From Myxococcota bacterium (GTDB taxonomy: Bacteria; Myxococcota_A; UBA9160; JAFDDA01), in contig OZ245817.1 in NCBI GenBank assembly GCA_965228475.1, forward strand, positions 1,152,001 through 1,216,000: a stretch of DNA of 64,000 nt. The letters run 5' to 3'. Shown here piece by piece: positions 44,830 to 55,305 of this stretch (position 1 is the first letter of the stretch; each line of letters begins with the position of its first letter). The translations under genes were made by a program, and so were the position numbers. Below the pieces are notes generated by a model. It saw only the letters and a list, made by a program, of their open reading frames with translations. It was not told the DNA's origin and did no database searches.

Positions 44830-46452
44830 ATGAACGTCGAAGAAGGCTTCCAAATCAAAGACCTCGCGGGGATGGTCCGCCGTCGAATCGGCGTGGCCGC
44901 CGTCGTGGCCGGTGCCATCGCGCTCGTCGCCGTGGTGCTCGCGGCCTGGCTCCCGAACCGCTATCAGGCCTCGGCCACCGTGCTGGTCGAGCCCCAGGCG
45001 ATCTCCCAGCGGCTGATCGAATCCGGGCTCCAGGAAAGCGACCTGAACAAGCGCCTGAACATCATGACGGCGCAGATCCTCTCCCGACCTCGCCTCTCGC
45101 GCATCATCGACGACATGACGCTCTACGAAAAAGAGTCCGAGGAGATGACCCGCGAAGAGATCATCGAGATGATGCGCTCGAACATCCTGGTCGATCCGGT
45201 GATCCCGGAGCTCCAGGCCGAAGGCCCGCGGAACAAGGAGATCGAGATCAACACCTTCCGCATCAGCTTCTGGTCCGAGCAGGCGGGGACGGCAGCGGCC
45301 GTCGCGAATCGCCTGGCCCAGGACTTCATCGATCAACACATCCGGGAGCGGGTCCAGCTCTCGGGGGACACTTCGGAGCTCATCCAGGCCGAGCTCGAGC
45401 GGCTGACGGCCCGCATCCGGGAGATCGAGGACCAGATCGCCCAGGTGAAGGAGCAGAACACCGGAAGCCTGCCCTCGGACCTCCAGACGAGCCAGACCCA
45501 GCTCACGCGTCTGATGGATCGTCAGCAGGCGCTGCGGAACGAGATCTCGCTCGCCGAGAGCGATGCGGCCTTCTACGAGCAGCAGTCGCTCGTCGCGGCG
45601 GATGAAGCGCGCGTCGACGACCGGAACACGAACCCGACGCGTCGTCTCGATGCGCTCGAAATCTCGCTCGGCGCGCTGCGGGCGAAGGGCTTCACGGACA
45701 AGCATCCGGACATCATCAACGTGCTCTCCGAGATGGAAGAAGTGAAGCGCCTGATCGAGACCGAACAGAACACCGGCGACACGGAAGACGCCAAGCCCCA
45801 GAACCTGGCCCAGCAGACGGCTGCGGCCCAGGCGAATCGGGCCCGCCTGCGTGCGGACGCGGCGCGCTCGGAGCTCGGCCGGGTCCAGGCCCAGGAGGCC
45901 GAGATGCTCGACCGGGTGGCCCGGACGCCGCGGGTCGCCGAGCAGCTCGACGCGCTCCAGCGCGAGTGGGATCACCTGAGCCTCAAGTACCGTGAATTCA
46001 GCGACAAGCGGCTGCGCGCGGGCGTGGCCGCCGACGTCGAGCGGCGGCAGAAGGGCGAGCAGTTCCGCGTGATCGAATCCGCGGTGGCGCCCCTTCGGCC
46101 GACCTCGCCGAACCGCATCCTGATCCTGGCGATGGGCATCGTGCTCGGGCTGGCTTTCGGTGGCATGACCGGACTCCTGATCGAGAGCACCGACACCTCG
46201 TTCCACGGCGCACGCCAGCTCCAGAGCGCGCTGCGGATTCCGGTCCTCGCTGCCATCCCGGGGATCGTGCTCGAATCCGACCGCGCCGCGATGCGCCGAC
46301 GCATCTTCCGGAGGGGCCTCGTGGCGGCGAGCGTCGTCGGCCTCGTGCTGGGCAGCTCCCTCTTCGGATACTGGTGGACGAACATCGCCGGCAGCGGCCA
46401 GGCCGCCGAAACCCCCGCGGCCGCTACGGCGCCGGCGCAGCAGGGAGGCTAG
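44830..46452 (+). CDS. Polysaccharide co-polymerase/chain-length determinant (GumC/Wzc N-terminal type)
   Basis: TM1, LP..Y.ASATVLVEP, coiled coils, T..HPD, QKGEQFRVI..A..P.RP..PNR, TM2. Confidence 0.92.
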   Translation: MNVEEGFQIKDLAGMVRRRIGVAAVVAGAIALVAVVLAAWLPNRYQASATVLVEPQAISQRLIESGLQESDLNKRLNIMTAQILSRPRLSRIIDDMTLYEKESEEMTREEIIEMMRSNILVDPVIPELQAEGPRNKEIEINTFRISFWSEQAGTAAAVANRLAQDFIDQHIRERVQLSGDTSELIQAELERLTARIREIEDQIAQVKEQNTGSLPSDLQTSQTQLTRLMDRQQALRNEISLAESDAAFYEQQSLVAADEARVDDRNTNPTRRLDALEISLGALRAKGFTDKHPDIINVLSEMEEVKRLIETEQNTGDTEDAKPQNLAQQTAAAQANRARLRADAARSELGRVQAQEAEMLDRVARTPRVAEQLDALQREWDHLSLKYREFSDKRLRAGVAADVERRQKGEQFRVIESAVAPLRPTSPNRILILAMGIVLGLAFGGMTGLLIESTDTSFHGARQLQSALRIPVLAAIPGIVLESDRAAMRRRIFRRGLVAASVVGLVLGSSLFGYWWTNIAGSGQAAETPAAATAPAQQGG

Positions 46453-46485
46453 GCAGCGCCACCGGGCGTCTGCACGGAAGACGAG

Positions 46486-47376
46486 ATGTATCGCGAGTAC
46501 TACGGACTCATACGGCGTCCCTTCGAGATGACGCCCGACCCGTCCTTCCTCTACCTCGGGGAAGCGCATCGGGAGGGGCTCGCCATGCTCCAGTACGCCG
46601 TGGAGTCGCGGAAGGGATTCGTCCTGCTCACCGGCGAGGTCGGCACGGGCAAGACGACGCTCCTCCACTCGCTGCTCTCGCAGCTCGATGCGCGCACGCA
46701 CTCGGCCTTCGTGTTCAACCCGCGGCTCAAGCCGATCGACTTCTTCAAGGTGGTCTTCGACGAGTTCGGCATCGAAGAGCCCTGCCGGACCAAGGGCGAG
46801 TACCTGATGGCGCTCAACCGGTTCCTGATCTCGAAGCTCGAGGCCGACGAGCCGACGCTCCTGATCGTGGACGAGGCCCAGAACCTCTCCCCCGAGATGC
46901 TCGAGGAGATCCGGCTGCTCTCGAACCTCGAGACGCCGACCTCGAAGCTCCTGCAGATCATGCTCGTCGGTCAGCCCGAGCTGAAGGAGATGCTCGCCCA
47001 GCCCGAGCTGCGGCAGCTGCGCCAGCGCATCGTCCTCCGGCACCACCTGCGGCCCTTCAACGCGCCGGAATGCGCGTCCTACATCGACGAGCGACTGCGG
47101 CTGGCGGGCTACACGGACAAGGCGCTGTTCGACCGCGGCGCGCTCAAGGAAATCCACGAGGTCACTGGGGGGATCCCCCGGCTCGTGAACATCGTGTGCG
47201 ACGGGGCGCTTCTGCTCGGGTTCTCCCGGGAGATGGCCCAGATCGACCGCAGGGCGGTCGCCGAGGTGGCGCGGGATCTGGATCTTGCGCCGGGCGACGG
47301 ATCGGCCGAGGAGACGGAGGGGGAGCCGGCCCGGGCGCCCCGGCGGAAGCGAGGATTGTTCGACCTGTTCCGGTAG
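46486..47376 (+). CDS. ExeA-like AAA ATPase (PEP-CTERM-locus type)
   Basis: MY..YYGL...PF..TPDP.F, TGEVGTGKTT, VDEAQNL, LVGQPEL, GGIPRLVN. Confidence 0.92.
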   Translation: MYREYYGLIRRPFEMTPDPSFLYLGEAHREGLAMLQYAVESRKGFVLLTGEVGTGKTTLLHSLLSQLDARTHSAFVFNPRLKPIDFFKVVFDEFGIEEPCRTKGEYLMALNRFLISKLEADEPTLLIVDEAQNLSPEMLEEIRLLSNLETPTSKLLQIMLVGQPELKEMLAQPELRQLRQRIVLRHHLRPFNAPECASYIDERLRLAGYTDKALFDRGALKEIHEVTGGIPRLVNIVCDGALLLGFSREMAQIDRRAVAEVARDLDLAPGDGSAEETEGEPARAPRRKRGLFDLFR

Positions 47377-47399
47377 GCTCTGGGACGGCAGGAGAAGCT

Positions 47400-48251
47400 A
47401 TGGGCAAGGTATACGATGCACTCCGCAAGGCGGAAAGCGAGCGATCGCGGCGTCTCGACGTCGACGTCGCGGCGCCGCCGGTTGCCGAGTGGGACAAACC
47501 CGCGCGAGCGCGGGACCAGAAGAGGGTCCCGTTCTGGCGACGGTTCCTTCCCGGCGGTGGGAAGACCGAAGAGGCTCCGGCCGCCTCCGCGGACGTGGGT
47601 GCGCCGAACAAGCGTCGCATTGCGATGCTCCAGCCCGATTCCTACGTCGCGGAGCAGTTCCGGACCCTGCGGGCGCGCATCGATTCGATCGCGTCCGAGC
47701 GGCCGATTCGCACCATCACCATCACCAGCGCCGACAAGGGCGAAGGCAAGACCATCGCGGCGGTGAACTTCGCGCTCGTGACCGCCATGAGCGTCGGCCG
47801 ACGCGTTCTGCTCGTCGATTGCGACATGCGTCAGCCCCAGGTCCACCGGACCCTCGGCCTGCGGCCCGAGACCGGGCTGGCGGAGGTGCTCACCGACCAG
47901 GCGAGCCTCGAGAACGCGATCATCAAGGTCGACGGCATCAACCTCGAGGTCCTGCCCGTGCGCGCGCTGCCGCCGAACCCCTCGGAGCTCCTGGCTTCGG
48001 ACCGCATGCGCCAGGTCGTCGAGGAGCTGGCGCGGGGCTACGACACGGTCGTGCTCGATTCCCCCGCGGCGCTCGGCATCCCGGACGCCAAGAGCATCTC
48101 CGAACTCACCGACGGACTCCTGCTGGTGGTCCGGGCCGACGTCACGCCGGAGGACGAGGTCGAGGCGGCGCTCGACATCCTCGACCGCCGGCGCGTGCTG
48201 GGTCTCGTGCTGAACGACGCGGACATCGCGAACCCGAGCAGGGCCTACTGA
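47400..48251 (+). CDS. Stand-alone BY tyrosine kinase (CpsD/CapB family)
   Basis: AEQFRTLR, Walker A GEGKT, A' LLVDCD.R.P, PNPSELL, Walker B VLDSP. Confidence 0.92.
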   Translation: MGKVYDALRKAESERSRRLDVDVAAPPVAEWDKPARARDQKRVPFWRRFLPGGGKTEEAPAASADVGAPNKRRIAMLQPDSYVAEQFRTLRARIDSIASERPIRTITITSADKGEGKTIAAVNFALVTAMSVGRRVLLVDCDMRQPQVHRTLGLRPETGLAEVLTDQASLENAIIKVDGINLEVLPVRALPPNPSELLASDRMRQVVEELARGYDTVVLDSPAALGIPDAKSISELTDGLLLVVRADVTPEDEVEAALDILDRRRVLGLVLNDADIANPSRAY

Positions 48252-50381
<2,130 letters not shown>

Positions 50382-50415
50382 GCCGGCCGCTCCGACTCCT
50401 TCCGGGAGCCGAGGG

Positions 50416-51375
50416 TTGAGTCCGGCCGCTTCGGTTCTCGTGACCGGTGCCGCCGGCTTCATCGGCTCGACCCTCGTCGACCGGCTCCTTTCCGAAGGTC
50501 GGCGCGTCACCGGGTTCGACTCCTTCGACCCGTTCTACCCGGAAGCCCAGAAGCAGCGGAACCTCGCCGGTGCGCTCGCCTCGCGAGACTTCACCCTGGT
50601 CCGAGGCGACATCCGGGATGCGGCCGCGCTCGGCCGCGCCTTCGAAGAAGCGCGGCCCGACGCGGTCGTGCACCTCGCGGCGCTCGCGGGCGTGCGGCCG
50701 AGCCTCGAGCGGCCGGGCGACTACTCGGACGTGAACGTGCTCGGGACGACGCGCGTGCTCGATGCCATGGTGCGCAACGGCGTGCCCCACGCCGTGGTCG
50801 CCTCCTCCTCCTCGGTCTACGGCGAACGCGAGGACGGACCCTTCCGCGAGGTAGACCCGGTGGAGCGCCCGATCTCGCCCTACGCGGCGACCAAGCGCGC
50901 GGCCGAACTCGTGGCCCACACCTTCCACCACATCCACGGGACGACCACGACCCAGGCGCGCATCTTCACCGCCTTCGGCCCGCGCCAGCGGCCGGACCTC
51001 GCGATCCGCAAGTTCGCGGACCGGATGCTCGCCGGTGAGACGCTGCCGATCTACGGCGACGGGACGGCCGTGCGCGACTTCACCTTCGTCGAGGATCTCG
51101 TGACGGGCCTCGTCGCTGCGCTCGACGCGCCCCTCGGCTTCGCCCTGGTGAACTTCGGCGCCGGTCGGACGATCTCCGTCAACGACGTCGTGGCGGCACT
51201 CGAGCGCGCGCTCGGCGTCTCGGCGCGGGTCGAGCGCGGCGAGCGCCAGCCCGGGGACGTCTCGAAGACCTGGGCCGACGTGAGCGTTGCCCGGGAACGG
51301 CTCGGGTACGCCCCGAAGACCTCCTTCGACGAAGGCATCGACCGCTTCGTCGCGTGGCTGCGGGAGCCGCGTTGA
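50416..51375 (+). CDS. NAD-dependent nucleotide-sugar epimerase (UDP-glucuronate 4-epimerase-like)
   Basis: TGAAGFIG, HLAALAGVRPS, SSSSVYG, SPYAATK, GPRQRPDLA, QPGDV. Confidence 0.92.
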   Translation: MSPAASVLVTGAAGFIGSTLVDRLLSEGRRVTGFDSFDPFYPEAQKQRNLAGALASRDFTLVRGDIRDAAALGRAFEEARPDAVVHLAALAGVRPSLERPGDYSDVNVLGTTRVLDAMVRNGVPHAVVASSSSVYGEREDGPFREVDPVERPISPYAATKRAAELVAHTFHHIHGTTTTQARIFTAFGPRQRPDLAIRKFADRMLAGETLPIYGDGTAVRDFTFVEDLVTGLVAALDAPLGFALVNFGAGRTISVNDVVAALERALGVSARVERGERQPGDVSKTWADVSVARERLGYAPKTSFDEGIDRFVAWLREPR

Positions 51376-51391
51376 GCGCCGGGGAACACCG

Positions 51392-52048
51392 GTGAGCCTC
51401 GACGGCCGTCGGGTCCTCGTGACCGGCGCCGCCGGGCGTCTGGGCAGCCGGCTCGTCGGCGAGCTGCTCGCCCGCCGTGCGAGCGTGCTCGCCTTCGACG
51501 ACGGTTCGACCGGCGACTTCGCGCGGCTCGCACCCCACGAGGGCGCGATCGAACTCCGACGGGGCGACGTGCGCGACGCCGCCGCGCTCGCACGGGCCTG
51601 CGAAGGCCAGGAGGTCGTCTACCACCTGGCCGCGCGCGAGACCGGTCCGGTGCTCGAGCTCCACGCCGTGAACGCAGAGGGCGCCCTGCGCGTGCTCGAA
51701 GCCGCTCGCGGGGCGGGCGTTGCCCGCGTGGTGGTCGCTTCGCGCGAGAGCAGCGCGGCGCCCCACGCAGCGGTGACGATCCAGCAGCGTTGCGCGGAGC
51801 GCTACGCAGCCCTCTTCGCGAGCCTGTACGGGCTGCCCGCGCTGGCCCTGCGCTACGATCCGGCTCCCGGCGCTGCAGGGGGTTCGGGGGCCGGGCGAGA
51901 GGCCTCCGCGCCGGTCACCGCCGCGCTCTCGGTCGAGGACGCCGCCCACCTCACCTGCCTCGCGGGCGACCCGGACCGAGCGCTGCACGAACCGTTGGAC
52001 CCGGCAAAGCGCGAGCCGTTGGAATCATCGAAGGGAAGAGTCGGATGA
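51392..52048 (+). CDS. Degenerate, truncated extended-SDR (epimerase-like) lacking YxxxK
   Basis: VLVTGAAGRLG, DDGSTG, GDVRD, VYHLAA; catalytic segment reads APHAAVTIQQRCAE; about 218 aa. Confidence 0.75.
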   Translation: MSLDGRRVLVTGAAGRLGSRLVGELLARRASVLAFDDGSTGDFARLAPHEGAIELRRGDVRDAAALARACEGQEVVYHLAARETGPVLELHAVNAEGALRVLEAARGAGVARVVVASRESSAAPHAAVTIQQRCAERYAALFASLYGLPALALRYDPAPGAAGGSGAGREASAPVTAALSVEDAAHLTCLAGDPDRALHEPLDPAKREPLESSKGRVG

Positions 52049-53355
52049 ACGTTTGCATCATCGGGACCGGCTACGTCGGTCTCGTCACCGGCGCCTGCTT
52101 CGCCGAGTTCGGCGTCAACGTGACCTGCGTGGATCAGGACGCGGGCAAGATCGAATCCCTCGAGGCCGGGCAGATCCCGATCTACGAACCAGGCCTCGAG
52201 GAGATGGTCGCGCGCAACGTCCGCGAGCAGCGCCTCTCCTTCAGCACCGATACGGCGGCATCCGTGCACAACGCCCTGGTCGTCTTCATCGCCGTGGGCA
52301 CACCGCCCCGGGAGGACGGCAGCACCGATCTTTCCTACGTAGAAGCCGTCGCACGCGACGTCGGCCGCGCGATGGAGAGCTACAAGGTCGTCGTCACCAA
52401 GAGCACGGTGCCCGTGGGCACCGGGCGGCGGGTGCGCGAGGTGATCGAGGAAGAGCTCGAGAATGCCGGCCGCGACGTCCACTTCAGCGTGGCCAGCAAC
52501 CCGGAGTTCCTGCGCGAAGGCGCCGCGATCGGCGACTTCATGCGCCCGGACCGTGTGGTGGTCGGCGTCGAGGACGAACAGGCCGACGCGATCCTGCGCG
52601 ATCTCTACCGGCCGCTCTTCCTGATCGAGACCCCCTTCGTGGTGACGAATCTCGAGAGCGCCGAGGTCTCGAAGTATGCGGCCAACGCCTTCCTCGCCGT
52701 GAAGATCTCCTACATCAACGAGATGGCGAATCTGTGCGAGCGCATCGGCGCGGACGTCCACGACGTGGCGCGCGCGATGGGCCTCGACCAGCGCATCGGG
52801 AAGAAGTTCCTCCACCCCGGTCCGGGCTTCGGCGGCTCGTGCTTCCCGAAGGACACGCGTTCGATCGCCCACTTCGCGAGCGATGCGGGGGAGGGGCTCG
52901 AGATCATCGACGCCGCCATCCGGGTGAACGACCGCCAGCGGGAGCGCATGGCCGAGAAGATCGTCGAGGCGCTGGGGGGCGACGCGTCGGGCAAGACGGT
53001 GGGGATGCTCGGCCTCTCCTTCAAGCCCGAGACCGACGACATGCGCGAGGCGCCGTCGCTGGACATCGTGCGGATCCTGGAAGGGCAGGGTGCCGTGGTG
53101 CGGGCCTTCGATCCGGTCGCGATGACCGTCGCCGCCGCGTCGCTGCCGCAGGTTCAGATGTGCAAGGACGCCTACGAGGCCTGCGAAGGCGCCGACGTCA
53201 TGGTGCTCGTGACGGAGTGGAACCAGTTCCGGATGCTCGACCTCGAGCGCCTGCGCCGCATGCTGCGCAGCCCCGTGGTCGTCGACCTGCGCAACGTCTA
53301 CGAGCCCGAGCCGATGCGCGCCGCGGGCTTCCGCTACGTGTGCGTCGGGCGCTGA
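52045..53355 (+). CDS. ugd: UDP-glucose 6-dehydrogenase
   Basis: IGTGYVGL, KSTVPVGT, NPEFLREG, KYAANAFLA, GFGGSCFPKD, FKPETDD.RE. Confidence 0.96.
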   Translation: MNVCIIGTGYVGLVTGACFAEFGVNVTCVDQDAGKIESLEAGQIPIYEPGLEEMVARNVREQRLSFSTDTAASVHNALVVFIAVGTPPREDGSTDLSYVEAVARDVGRAMESYKVVVTKSTVPVGTGRRVREVIEEELENAGRDVHFSVASNPEFLREGAAIGDFMRPDRVVVGVEDEQADAILRDLYRPLFLIETPFVVTNLESAEVSKYAANAFLAVKISYINEMANLCERIGADVHDVARAMGLDQRIGKKFLHPGPGFGGSCFPKDTRSIAHFASDAGEGLEIIDAAIRVNDRQRERMAEKIVEALGGDASGKTVGMLGLSFKPETDDMREAPSLDIVRILEGQGAVVRAFDPVAMTVAAASLPQVQMCKDAYEACEGADVMVLVTEWNQFRMLDLERLRRMLRSPVVVDLRNVYEPEPMRAAGFRYVCVGR

Positions 53356-53389
53356 GGCAGCGTATGCCTCCTCTCGTGACCGGGTCTCC

Positions 53390-54490
53390 ATGGCGCGCCT
53401 GCTAGCGCCCTCGCTTCGGCGCCGGGTCCACGCCGTCGTCCTGGCCGGCGGCTCCGGCCAGCGTTTCTGGCCGCGCTCGCGCAAGGCCCGGCCCAAGCCC
53501 CTGCTCCGCGCCACGGGGGGGCTTTCTCTCATCCGCGCCACGGTCGAGCGGGCAAGGCCCGTCGCCGCCCGCGACGGCGTCTGGCTCGTGTGCGCGCGGG
53601 ATCACGCCGGCCCGATGCGCAGCGAAGCGGGCCTGCCCGCGCGGCGAACGATCGTCGAACCGCGCGGACGCAACACGGCCATGGCCGCCGCGGTGGCCGC
53701 CACGCGCATCGCCGCGGAGGACCCGGAGGCCATCCTCGTCGTGCTGCCCGCGGACCACGTGATCCCCGACGCCCGCGCGTTCCACCGCGCCCTGGCCCGG
53801 GCCGTTCGCGCGGCGGCCGAGGCCGAGGTGCTCGTGACCCTCGGCGTCGAACCCACCCGCCCGGAGACGCGGTACGGCTACATCCGCGCCGGCAAGCCGG
53901 CGCCGGGCTTCGACGGGCTCCACCGGGTGTCGCGCTTCGTCGAGAAACCGACCGCGGCCGTGGCGCGGCGCTGGCTCGCGGGCGGGAAGCACCTCTGGAA
54001 CGCCGGCATCTTCGTCTGGCGCGCGGCGACCCTGCTCGAGGAGGTGGAGACCCACGCTCCGGCCCTCCACCGGGCCCTGGCTCCGGTCCGCCGCTGTCCC
54101 CGTGGCCGCGGAGCCGCCGCCGCCCTGGCCGCCGCCTACCGCCGGGCGCCCTCGGAGCCCATCGACGTGGCCGTTCTCGAGCGCAGCAAGCGGGTCTGGA
54201 CCCTGCCCGTCGACTTCCACTGGAACGACGTCGGGACCTGGGATTCCCTGGCCCGGGAGCTCGGCGTCGGTGACGGCGATTCGCGTCTCGTGGCCGGGGA
54301 GGCCATCCTGGAGGAGGCTCCGGGCAACCTCGTGTGGGGAGAGGACGGCCGGTTGATCGTCCTGCTCGGAGTGGAGGATCTCGCGGTGATCGATACACCC
54401 GATGCCCTGCTCGTCGCGCGCCTCGACAAGAGCCCCGAGGTGAAGCGCGTGGTCGAGCGCCTGGCGCGCAAGCGCCCGGGCCTGGTGTAG
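53390..54490 (+). CDS. manC: Mannose-1-phosphate guanylyltransferase (no PMI domain)
   Basis: LAGGSGQRFWPRSR..PK, EP.GRNTA, PADH, YGYI, FVEKP, WNAGIF, WNDVGTW. Confidence 0.93.
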   Translation: MARLLAPSLRRRVHAVVLAGGSGQRFWPRSRKARPKPLLRATGGLSLIRATVERARPVAARDGVWLVCARDHAGPMRSEAGLPARRTIVEPRGRNTAMAAAVAATRIAAEDPEAILVVLPADHVIPDARAFHRALARAVRAAAEAEVLVTLGVEPTRPETRYGYIRAGKPAPGFDGLHRVSRFVEKPTAAVARRWLAGGKHLWNAGIFVWRAATLLEEVETHAPALHRALAPVRRCPRGRGAAAALAAAYRRAPSEPIDVAVLERSKRVWTLPVDFHWNDVGTWDSLARELGVGDGDSRLVAGEAILEEAPGNLVWGEDGRLIVLLGVEDLAVIDTPDALLVARLDKSPEVKRVVERLARKRPGLV

Positions 54491-54502
54491 GCGGAGGCAA
54501 GG

Positions 54503-55174
54503 ATGGCTCCGAAGCCCGAAGACGGCATCGACATCCTGGCGGCGATGCCGCTCTTCCAGGAACTCTCGCGGTCCGACCTCGGCGCCCTCGCCGAGCAGTT
54601 GATCGAGCGCCGCTTTCCGCGCGACGCCACGATCATCCAGGAGGGGCAGGCCGGCGACTACATGTACATCCTGCGCGAGGGGCGCGTGAAGGTGACCAAG
54701 GTCTCCGGCGCCGGGCGAGAGAAGATCCTCGAGATCCTCGAAGCCGGCGCGTTCTTCGGCGAGATGGCCCTGCTCGACCCGCCCGAGCGCTCGGCTTCGG
54801 TGAAGAGCCTCGATCCGGTCCGCCTGCTGGCGCTCTCGCGGCAGAGCTTCCTGAACGCGCTCGACGAGGTCCCCGGCATGGCGATGGTGATCATCCGCGA
54901 GCTCGCCCGGCGGCTCCGCCGCACGGACGAGGAGGCGAGCCACATCCCCTATCAGAGTGTGAAGGAGCGGACCCGCGGGCTCCTGCGCCGGCTGGCGACC
55001 GAGGAGGCGCCCGAGGGATGGCGGCTCTCCCCGGCGCTGACCCATCAGGAGGTCGCCGACATGGTCGCGACTTCGCGGGAGACCGTGACCCGGGCCATCA
55101 AGCAGCTCAAGCAGGACGGGTGGCTGCGCCAGGAGGGCAAGCGCTACCTGATCCGGCCCGACGACCCCGAGTGA
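54503..55174 (+). CDS. Crp/Fnr family transcriptional regulator
   Basis: FFGEMALL...RSASV cNMP pocket; HTH with SRETVTR. Confidence 0.94.
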   Translation: MAPKPEDGIDILAAMPLFQELSRSDLGALAEQLIERRFPRDATIIQEGQAGDYMYILREGRVKVTKVSGAGREKILEILEAGAFFGEMALLDPPERSASVKSLDPVRLLALSRQSFLNALDEVPGMAMVIIRELARRLRRTDEEASHIPYQSVKERTRGLLRRLATEEAPEGWRLSPALTHQEVADMVATSRETVTRAIKQLKQDGWLRQEGKRYLIRPDDPE

Positions 55175-55305
55175 GTCGCCCGTTCCGCACCCGGAGCCGG
55201 CCCGCGGGCTCCCCGAGAATCTTCGGGAGGCCGGCCCGATCCGTCCGCTTGAACCTGTCCTACGCTTCGACTACCTAGCGCTTCGATCTTCCGAGGAGGC
55301 TCTCC

